Source: a virus (lineage: Duplodnaviria; Caudoviricetes). Taken from it: a stretch of 24,099 nt of DNA. The DNA is taken from positions 1-24,099 of the IMG/VR virus record IMGVR_UViG_3300036985_000776. One strand, given 5' to 3'. The first letter of the stretch is position 1, and the number at the start of each line of letters is the position of its first letter. This document shows, piece by piece, positions 1 through 6,244 of this stretch. The notes under the pieces were generated by a model. It did no database searches, was not told where the DNA came from, and was given only the letters and a program-made list of their open reading frames with translations. The position numbers were made by a program, and so were the translations under genes.

Positions 1-41
1 AATCATCGGCACAATCAAGTGCCCAACCCTTGGAGACCACC

Positions 42-356
42 ATGAACCGCTTCGACAACCTTTCCGCCGCCCAGATCGCCGACCTGATCGGCAACGTGGA
101 CGCTCAGGCCAAGGCGCTTGACGCCGAAAAGAAGGCGCTCCGCGCCGCGCTTGAGGCCCGCAACCTCGACGCCGACACCATCTGCGGCGACCAGTTCGCC
201 GTCAGCTTCAACCTGCGCAACGGCAGCCTGTCCTTGGACAAGGCCGCGGTCGAGAAGGCGCTGGGCAAGGATTGGGTCGCGGCCAACAGCAAGGTTGGTG
301 CCGCTTCGGTCGTCATGACCATCGCCGCCGTTAACGCCGCCGTCAAGGCGGCGTGA
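42..356 (+). CDS. hypothetical phage protein (N-terminal coiled coil)
   Basis: GGAG at 32-35 before ATG 42; strong GC3 codon bias; Ala/Lys-rich helical sequence. Confidence 0.8.
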   Translation: MNRFDNLSAAQIADLIGNVDAQAKALDAEKKALRAALEARNLDADTICGDQFAVSFNLRNGSLSLDKAAVEKALGKDWVAANSKVGAASVVMTIAAVNAAVKAA

Positions 357-412
357 GGGGAGGGGGCCGGTGGCTATAACGCCCCCGCGCAGGCACCGGC
401 CCCTGCCGCACC

Positions 413-889
413 ATGGACATGGAAAGGCTTATCAAGATCTTGGGCATGACCGGATCGACCCACGACGGCGAGGCGCTGTCCGCTCTGCGGATGGCGCAAA
501 AGCTCATGGCGGCCAATGGCAAGACGTGGAAGGATCTGATGGGCCAGCCGCAGGCGCGCGCAGAGCAGCGCCAGCAGGGCTGGGACGACATCATGCGCGC
601 CCACAACGCCCACCGCGCCCGGCAGAACGCCGAACAGGCGCAGCGCCAGCGCGACGAAGCATACCGGCGCGAGCAGGCGCAGAGCGCCTACCGCGAGCCG
701 AACAACGACGACATCGCGTGCAAACACGAATGCCTGCGCATGCTTGACGAATGCCCGGATTTGCTGACAGGCTGGGAGACAGAATTCTTGGAGAGCTTCA
801 AGAACCGGCCAGACCATTGGGCGATGTCCGACAAGCAGCGCGCGGTGTTCCACAAGCTCCGCGCCCGATTCAGGGATCGAAACAAATGA
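413..889 (+). CDS. hypothetical phage protein, DUF2786-like N-terminal helical hairpin
   Basis: LIKILGMTGSTHDGEALSALRMAQKLM resembles the DUF2786-type N-terminus; C-terminal LTGWETEF...SDKQ segment is typical of such phage proteins. Confidence 0.7.
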   Translation: MDMERLIKILGMTGSTHDGEALSALRMAQKLMAANGKTWKDLMGQPQARAEQRQQGWDDIMRAHNAHRARQNAEQAQRQRDEAYRREQAQSAYREPNNDDIACKHECLRMLDECPDLLTGWETEFLESFKNRPDHWAMSDKQRAVFHKLRARFRDRNK

Positions 890-900
890 GGGCTGCCACC

Positions 901-1027
901 TGCCGGGCGGTTCATGGGCCAGCGCATTCCCACCGGTTGCGCGGGCTTCAACGGCAGGGCTGTAAGACGGCGAGTGGGCGACAACCCCGTCAGCCGGTGG
1001 GCGGTCTCCATGCCGCCGCGACCGGCA
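901..1027 (+). ncRNA. candidate structured RNA (long imperfect hairpin)
   Basis: Nested colinear stems 901-906/1022-1027, 907-910/1013-1016, 913-917/1008-1012, 929-939/991-1001, 941-945/986-990 in an apparent intergenic gap. Confidence 0.35.
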
Positions 1028-1050
1028 CTAACGCAACGCATGAGGCAACC

Positions 1051-1299
1051 ATGACCGAAGACGAAGCCGACCTCCAACGCACGCAGGAAGACCTGAGCCT
1101 TCTACGCGACTCGTTCCTTGCCGCGGCGCACGGCCACAACAAGGGCACGATCATCTCAGCCTGCACGCTGGTAATCTCCATCATGATCGATGATGCATCG
1201 CCTGAGATGAAGACCATCGCGCTCGACAACATCGAGGCATCGCTGCATTACTTGCGCGAGCTTTATGGGATCCCCGATCGGGACAGGACGAAGCAATGA
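1051..1299 (+). CDS. hypothetical protein
   Basis: GAGG upstream of ATG 1051; protein-like 3' part of ORF 751..1299; stop overlaps the next ATG (ATGA). An alternative start at 886 is possible. Confidence 0.7.
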   Translation: MTEDEADLQRTQEDLSLLRDSFLAAAHGHNKGTIISACTLVISIMIDDASPEMKTIALDNIEASLHYLRELYGIPDRDRTKQ

Positions 1300-1472
1300 C
1301 TGAATTCCTATTCGGATATGTGGCCGGGCTTGGCACCACGTTAATTGCCGGGCTGGTAATGTCCTTTGTCGTTGTCGGTGCGCGTAGCGAAGACCCTGAA
1401 CCTGAATCTCAGGACGACATCCGTCTGACTAAAATCAAATCCAGATATGTGAGGCATGACCACCATGATTAA
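1296..1472 (+). CDS. small single-pass membrane protein (58 aa; absent from ORF track)
   Basis: Hand translation MTEFLFGYVAGLGTTLIAGLVMSFVVVGARSEDPEPESQDDIRLTKIKSRYVRHDHHD; ATGA coupling; fills the gap between neighbours. Confidence 0.7.
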   Translation: MTEFLFGYVAGLGTTLIAGLVMSFVVVGARSEDPEPESQDDIRLTKIKSRYVRHDHHD

Positions 1473-1785
1473 CGCCATCGACAACGCCCTTGAGATCGTG
1501 CGCAAGGTTGCGCGTGATCAGAGCGACAGCATCGTTCACGAACTGAACGCCGACTTCGACGCGCGCAACGTGGCGCTCGCCACGTACAACGACAGCATGC
1601 GCAAGGTGCGCAGCCTGCGGGAGCAGGCCGACTCCATTGAGCGCGAGGCGCATGACGCGCTGAACAGCGCGCTCACGTCGAGCGGTGGCGTGGCGCTGGC
1701 CATGATCAACCAGATCAATCAGGGGCAGATGGTTGCCGCGTCGGACACGCCGTCGCTGCGCTTCAAAGCCACGGTTAAGGAATAG
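1456..1785 (+). CDS. hypothetical coiled-coil protein
   Basis: Helical heptad-like sequence, good codon bias; GAGG at 1451; start 1456 or 1465. Confidence 0.75.
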   Translation: MTTMINAIDNALEIVRKVARDQSDSIVHELNADFDARNVALATYNDSMRKVRSLREQADSIEREAHDALNSALTSSGGVALAMINQINQGQMVAASDTPSLRFKATVKE

Positions 1786-1789
1786 GCTG

Positions 1790-2029
1790 ATGCCCGTCAC
1801 GTTCTGGCAATGGTGCTGGTTCACCTTCTTCGTCTTCGGCACCTTCGGGGGCTGGGTTTTCATTTTCATTCTGATATGGCTCCTGCGAGCGGAGAGACAT
1901 CATGAGCAGCCAAGACTCTACGATCCAGTTAGTGACCCGGACCCTTTCAGCGACGGTCCAGAAGCTGATGGACGACCTGAAGAGAGCGGACGCCCGGATC
2001 CGGGAACTGGAAGCGGAACTGGCACATGA
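1790..2029 (+). CDS. small membrane protein (aromatic-rich TM helix)
   Basis: AAGGA upstream; MPVTFWQWCWFTFFVFGTFGGWVFIFILIWLLR hydrophobic stretch; 3' half overlaps the next gene in another frame. Confidence 0.55.
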   Translation: MPVTFWQWCWFTFFVFGTFGGWVFIFILIWLLRAERHHEQPRLYDPVSDPDPFSDGPEADGRPEESGRPDPGTGSGTGT

Positions 2030-2063
2030 GCGGCGCGCGCGTGACGTGGAGATGGGGCGATGA
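1902..2063 (+). CDS. small coiled-coil protein (53 aa; absent from ORF track)
   Basis: GGAGAG at 1891-1896; MSSQDSTIQLVTRTLSATVQKLMDDLKRADARIRELEAELAHERRARDVEMGR; stop overlaps ATG 2060 (ATGA). Confidence 0.7.
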   Translation: MSSQDSTIQLVTRTLSATVQKLMDDLKRADARIRELEAELAHERRARDVEMGR

Positions 2064-2284
2064 GTAAGATCAGGATTCCTGCCGCTGCGCTGGAGGCGGG
2101 GGCCAGAACGCTGTGCGGTGAGCAGCGGTTATTTTGGCATGGCCTCACTACGGCAGCACAGGACATTATCCGCGCAGAAGTCCGCGCCGCCTTCTTCGCC
2201 ATGCTGGAGGCGTGGGAGGGGGTGCAGCATGACAACTACGTCATCGTCCTCCCCCTTCCCGAGCAGGAGAACAGCGATGAGTGA
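2060..2284 (+). CDS. hypothetical protein
   Basis: GGAG upstream; coupled to neighbours at both ends. Confidence 0.7.
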   Translation: MSKIRIPAAALEAGARTLCGEQRLFWHGLTTAAQDIIRAEVRAAFFAMLEAWEGVQHDNYVIVLPLPEQENSDE

Positions 2285-2528
2285 CCTTGTGGAGAGGCTT
2301 CGGGCTGGCGTCTGCGGAGACAAGTGCCGCGTTATGGATACCCGGAGCGGGTGCATCTGTGCTGACGCCGCCGCCCGCATCGAACAGCTTGAGGCCGCGC
2401 TGCGGGCTGCTTATGAGGTCTACGCAGGCAGCGACGGATTTGTACCCGAGACATGCGCCGAGGGTTATCAACGGCAGATCATCACGCAAATGGTGGATTG
2501 CATCAGCGCCGCACTGGAGGGGAAATGA
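2277..2528 (+). CDS. hypothetical protein, MSDLVERLR...AARIEQLEAALR type
   Basis: AGGAG RBS before ATG 2277; N-terminal pattern common in small phage proteins; Cys-rich insert. Confidence 0.75.
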   Translation: MSDLVERLRAGVCGDKCRVMDTRSGCICADAAARIEQLEAALRAAYEVYAGSDGFVPETCAEGYQRQIITQMVDCISAALEGK

Positions 2529-2676
2529 TCGAAACTGATAAACAGTTCCTTGATAGAATTGAGGGATATGAAGGTCCAAAAGAAAAATGGGTTCCCATGA
2601 CTATCCGTCTCTTTGCATTGGCCCGCCACGGGGTTGAAGCCGCTGACCGCATCGAACAGCTTGAGGCCGCGCTGCG
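2375..2676 (+). repeat. 30-bp exact direct repeat (2375-2404 and 2647-2676) shared by two adjacent paralogous genes
   Basis: CCGCATCGAACAGCTTGAGGCCGCGCTGCG occurs twice; a second 14/15 repeat GCGCCGCACTRGAGG at 2506-2520 and 2757-2771. Confidence 0.9.
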
Positions 2677-2782
2677 CCCGTTGGCCTGCACATGCGAGGT
2701 GCGGCATCAGGTCGATTGCAGCCGCAGCGAGGTTGACTGCCGGTTCTGGAACGCCCGCGCCGCACTAGAGGACCGCACATGA
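2525..2782 (+). CDS. hypothetical protein, paralog of 2277..2528
   Basis: GGAGG RBS, ATGA overlap; EAADRIEQLEAALR followed by a Cys-containing segment and ARAALE. Confidence 0.75.
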   Translation: MIETDKQFLDRIEGYEGPKEKWVPMTIRLFALARHGVEAADRIEQLEAALRPLACTCEVRHQVDCSRSEVDCRFWNARAALEDRT

Positions 2783-2976
2783 TTACAAGACTTGAGCCGC
2801 CAATCCCCATGTCCACCGTTAAGGGTGATGGCTGGGCGTTTGCCGTAATTGATTACGGGTTCGAAGCGGATCTCATATGGGTTGTTGCGCTCGACGCCAG
2901 CCGGGAAATATGGTGCGTGCCTAACCGCGATGTTAGAATGCAGAAGAACTGGACTGCCGGAAGGCGAGATGACTGA
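2779..2976 (+). CDS. conserved hypothetical phage protein (beta-rich, 65 aa)
   Basis: ATGA overlap, GAGG RBS; LEPPIP...KGDG.A...IDYG.E..L.W...N..VR...N.T.GR pattern recalled from environmental phages. Confidence 0.75.
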   Translation: MITRLEPPIPMSTVKGDGWAFAVIDYGFEADLIWVVALDASREIWCVPNRDVRMQKNWTAGRRDD

Positions 2977-3193
2977 TTGGCAACCCATCGACACCGCGCC
3001 GCTCGACGGCACGCGGATCCTGCTGGCAATGCAGCCGGAATTAAGCTGCTCGACGGTCCAGATTGGCTACGCCGACGAAACCTCAATGTGGGGCTTGTGC
3101 TGGCGCTTTGACGGCGAGTACACCGTCGAGGCACCCATGGGCGCAACGCATTGGATGCCACTGCCCGAACCCCCAGAACGGAGAGAAACATGA
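2969..3193 (+). CDS. DUF551-family protein
   Basis: N-terminal WQPIDTAPLDGTRILL and C-terminal THWMPLPEPP signature. Confidence 0.85.
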   Translation: MTDWQPIDTAPLDGTRILLAMQPELSCSTVQIGYADETSMWGLCWRFDGEYTVEAPMGATHWMPLPEPPERRET

Positions 3194-3396
3194 TTACGCC
3201 GCCCGCGCCAATGATCACTGCCGAAGGCATGCCGCCAGAAGTTATTGCGGTGCTGAAGGAGGCTTGTGACAGCAAGAAGCCGTGGAACGTGCGGGACGTT
3301 GCTGCCGCCATGATCAATGCATGGCCCAACGCGAACAAGGCATACTTCGCGCAGGGTCCGCACCTGATGTTGCCGTTGTTGAAGGCGGGCACATGA
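3190..3396 (+). CDS. hypothetical protein
   Basis: GGAGAG RBS; ATGA overlaps at both ends. Confidence 0.7.
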   Translation: MITPPAPMITAEGMPPEVIAVLKEACDSKKPWNVRDVAAAMINAWPNANKAYFAQGPHLMLPLLKAGT

Positions 3397-4112
3397 ACGT
3401 CGGCGCGGCCATGGCTGGTGGCAACGGCAAGCGCCGTGCCGGTGACTTCTACCCGACGCCGTGGGCGGCCACAGAGGCGATGCGGAGGGCGTTGAGCCTG
3501 CCGCGGGCTATCTGGGAGCCTGCCTGCGGCGATGGCGCTCTGGCGCGCGCTCTGGAGCGGCACGGGCACATCCTGACCTGTTCCGACATTGAGCCGCGCA
3601 TGGATGGGGCCGCAAAGCTCGACTTTGTAAACCAGAATGTCGCTGTAAAGCGCACGGGGCGCTTTGCCATCGTCACGAACCCGCCGTTCAGTCTGGCCGA
3701 ATCCTTCATCCGCCGGTCGCTGTCGATCACGCCGCAGGTTGTGCTGTTACTGAAGGCGAACTACTGGAACGCGGCCAGCAGGCTGCCGCTGTACGCGGAG
3801 CATCCGCCCAGCCGCGTGATGCCGCTGACGTTTCGCATAGACGTGACAGGGCAGGGAAATCCGACTATGGATGTCTGCTGGTATGCATGGGGCTTTGAAG
3901 GCCCGGCCTTCATGCCGCTGCCCAAGCCCAAGGAACCCCATGGAAGCTCTGACCTATCAGGAGACCCTAGAGATAGCGGAGATGCGGGACGCCATCACCG
4001 GCTACGCGATACGCTCAGGGCAGGTAATCCTGATCTACGACTTCACGAAAGTCGTGAAGATCCTGATCAAGATGCACAAGGTCACGCTGAACGAGGCGAT
4101 GGAGATGGCTGA
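3393..4112 (+). CDS. orphan DNA N6-adenine methyltransferase
   Basis: DFYPTP (motif X), WEPACGDG (motif I, SAM binding), IVTNPPF (motif IV); no adjacent restriction enzyme; last ~57 codons overlap the next gene. Confidence 0.85.
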   Translation: MNVGAAMAGGNGKRRAGDFYPTPWAATEAMRRALSLPRAIWEPACGDGALARALERHGHILTCSDIEPRMDGAAKLDFVNQNVAVKRTGRFAIVTNPPFSLAESFIRRSLSITPQVVLLLKANYWNAASRLPLYAEHPPSRVMPLTFRIDVTGQGNPTMDVCWYAWGFEGPAFMPLPKPKEPHGSSDLSGDPRDSGDAGRHHRLRDTLRAGNPDLRLHESREDPDQDAQGHAERGDGDG

Positions 4113-4224
4113 GAAGATTGAAGAGACGTGGCTGGGACCGGGCACGCCGATCATATTCCACAGCGCAACCCACGAAGAGATACAGGACATATTCCATGTC
4201 AAGAGAGACAGTACGATCAACTGA
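3940..4224 (+). CDS. conserved hypothetical phage protein
   Basis: AAGGA RBS; DAITG...IYD..K....L.....T..EA.E......W.G..TP.I pattern recalled from environmental phages. Confidence 0.75.
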   Translation: MEALTYQETLEIAEMRDAITGYAIRSGQVILIYDFTKVVKILIKMHKVTLNEAMEMAEKIEETWLGPGTPIIFHSATHEEIQDIFHVKRDSTIN

Positions 4225-4435
4225 CGAATTGTTTGCGGAGTTTTCCAAGGCGCTGACGCGCATGGATCTGATCCAGAACCTGATCCTCGACCATGCGAAG
4301 GCGTGCGGCGATACGGTCGGCAGGGAGTCGGTCGATTTTTTTGCGGAGCAGATCGGGAAGAGCATCTACGACATGTATGAGTACCTGAACGAAATCAAGC
4401 TCGCCATGGATGTCGAGGCCCACAGGAAGATCTGA
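4196..4435 (+). CDS. hypothetical helical protein directly upstream of terminase
   Basis: AGGA at 4184; 79 aa; stop TGA overlaps terL ATG (TGATG). Confidence 0.65.
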   Translation: MSRETVRSTDELFAEFSKALTRMDLIQNLILDHAKACGDTVGRESVDFFAEQIGKSIYDMYEYLNEIKLAMDVEAHRKI

Positions 4436-6096
4436 TGGCCATCGTCCAGCTTCCGCAGATTGCGCGCCTGACCGGCAGTGCGGCACCGATTGATTCAAGC
4501 GAGACGCTGCGCGCCATCCAGAAGCGCAAGTGCGAGAAGTCTTTGGCCTACTTCATCCGCAAGGCGTGGAGCGTCATTGAACCCGGCCAGAAGTACGTTC
4601 ACGGCTGGCACATAGACTTTCTGTGCGCGCACCTTGAGGCCATCACCGCCGGTATGGAGGTCGATGACGAGCAGTTATACAATCGGCTTCTGATTAACGT
4701 GCCGCCGGGCACAATGAAGAGCCTGACGGTCGGCGTGTTCTGGCCTGCATGGGAGTGGGGGCCAATGAACATGCCCCACATGCGCTATGTCTGCGCCTCG
4801 CATAGCCAAGACCTGTCGATCCGCGACGGGCTGCGCATGCGCCGTCTGGTGATGTCGGAGTGGTATCGGAGCCTGTGGGGCGACCGTGTCGTGCTGACCG
4901 GCGACCAGAACCAGAAGACCAAGTTTGAAAACACGGCGACGGGCTTTCGGCAGGCAGCCGCGGCGGGTTCGATCACTGGTGCGCGTGGCGACAGGGTGAT
5001 CATCGATGACCCATTGTCCGTAGACGGAGCAAATTCGGATGCGATACGCGACAGCACGAACCAGTGGTTCCTTGAGGCCGTGCCGACGCGACTGAACAAC
5101 CCAATATCGTCGGCCATCGTCGTCGTGATGCAGAGACTGCATGAGGAAGACGTGAGCGGCGTCATCCTCGAAAAGGAACTGGGCTACGATCATATCATGC
5201 TGCCCATGCGCTATGATCCGTCGCGCGCGATGCCGACAAAGCTTGATTACCGGGATCCGCGCGAGGACGACGGCGAACTTCTGTTCCCTGAACGGTTCCC
5301 GGTCGAGGTGGTTGACCGCGACGAGAAGGCGATGGGTCCGTATGCCACTGCAGGCCAGTTCCAGCAGACGCCTGAGCCGCGGGGCGGTGGCATCATTAAG
5401 CGCGATTGGTGGCAGCTATGGGACACTGAAGCGTACCCTATGATGGACTTCGTCGTGGCCAGCGTGGATACGGCGTACACGGAGAAGACCGAAAACGATT
5501 TGTCGGCGCTGACGGTCTGGGGCATTTACTCGACCGACACTGTGGCGCAGGCCACGAAGGTCGTCGCCAAGAACGGCACGCTCTACGAATATTCCATGAA
5601 TGTCGAACGCGAATATGCGGAGCAGCATCCGAAGCTGATGCTGATGCATGCGTGGCAGGAGCGACTGCCGCTGCATGAGCTTGTGATGAAGATTGCGTCA
5701 AGCTGCACGCGCATGAAGGTCGATCTGCTTCTGATCGAAGGCAAGGCGTCAGGCCTGAGCGTGGCGCAGGAAATTCGCAGGCTCTACGGCAGCGAGACGT
5801 GGGGCGTGCAGATCATCAACCCCGGATCTCAGGACAAGATGAGCCGACTCTATTCGGTGCAGCACCTGTTTGCGGAGGGGCTAATCTTTGCGCCTGACAG
5901 GACGTGGGCCGATCAGGTGATCACGCAATGCGCCCAGTTCCCGCGCGCGAAGCACGACGATCTGGTGGACACGGTGAGCATGGCGCTGCGCCACCTGCGC
6001 TCTGCCGGGCTTCTCAGCAGGGCCGCGGAGCATCTGGAGGCCCTCGACAGGGCGAAGATGTCACCCGCGCGCATGACCCCGCTTTACGACGTGTGA
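4435..6096 (+). CDS. terL: terminase large subunit
   Basis: Walker A-like LLINVPPGTMKS, ITGARGD then Walker B VIIDDP, coupling motif VMQRLHEED, RNase H-like nuclease SVDTAY...HDDLVD. Confidence 0.95.
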   Translation: MAIVQLPQIARLTGSAAPIDSSETLRAIQKRKCEKSLAYFIRKAWSVIEPGQKYVHGWHIDFLCAHLEAITAGMEVDDEQLYNRLLINVPPGTMKSLTVGVFWPAWEWGPMNMPHMRYVCASHSQDLSIRDGLRMRRLVMSEWYRSLWGDRVVLTGDQNQKTKFENTATGFRQAAAAGSITGARGDRVIIDDPLSVDGANSDAIRDSTNQWFLEAVPTRLNNPISSAIVVVMQRLHEEDVSGVILEKELGYDHIMLPMRYDPSRAMPTKLDYRDPREDDGELLFPERFPVEVVDRDEKAMGPYATAGQFQQTPEPRGGGIIKRDWWQLWDTEAYPMMDFVVASVDTAYTEKTENDLSALTVWGIYSTDTVAQATKVVAKNGTLYEYSMNVEREYAEQHPKLMLMHAWQERLPLHELVMKIASSCTRMKVDLLLIEGKASGLSVAQEIRRLYGSETWGVQIINPGSQDKMSRLYSVQHLFAEGLIFAPDRTWADQVITQCAQFPRAKHDDLVDTVSMALRHLRSAGLLSRAAEHLEALDRAKMSPARMTPLYDV

Positions 6097-6111
6097 TAAC
6101 AGGCATATGCT
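6083..6111 (+). promoter_or_regulatory. putative sigma70-type promoter for a short intergenic transcript
   Basis: TTTACG (6083-6088), 17-nt spacer, TATGCT (6106-6111). Confidence 0.45.
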
Positions 6112-6117
6112 GTCGGT

Positions 6118-6179
6118 GCGATGGCCTCCCTGTCGCTACCTTGGGCACCGCCTAAATCCACCCGGCGGTGCCCATTTTT
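6118..6179 (+). ncRNA. candidate ~60-nt small RNA with anti-SD (CCUCC) loop
   Basis: Promoter-like element upstream, hairpin GCGATGG-CCTCC-CTGTCGC, then an intrinsic terminator. Confidence 0.4.
6142..6179 (+). terminator. intrinsic terminator after terL
   Basis: Perfect 11-bp stem TGGGCACCGCC/GGCGGTGCCCA followed by TTTTT. Confidence 0.8.
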
Positions 6180-6185
6180 CCCGAA

Positions 6186-6214
6186 TTGCGGCCCCAATCC
6201 ATTGATGGTACTAT
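6186..6214 (+). promoter_or_regulatory. putative sigma70-type promoter of the portal operon
   Basis: TTGCGG, 17-nt spacer, TACTAT with an extended -10 TG; lies just after the terminator and 30 nt before the portal ATG. Confidence 0.55.
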
Positions 6215-6244
6215 CCGGCCCCAAATTCCTTTGGGGAACCCACC

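Noticed and set aside
362-404. Inverted repeat GGGGCCGGTG/CACCGGCCCC enclosing GCTATAAC
   Set aside because: No T tract for a terminator and no -35 for the TATAAC hexamer; may be regulatory but cannot be supported further
751-1050. Upstream extensions of ORF-track calls (starts at 751, 2118, 2453, 2849, 3282, 3871, 15781, 23109)
   Set aside because: Downstream ATGs with an RBS and/or ATGA coupling fit better, and the extensions overlap neighbouring genes or structured RNA
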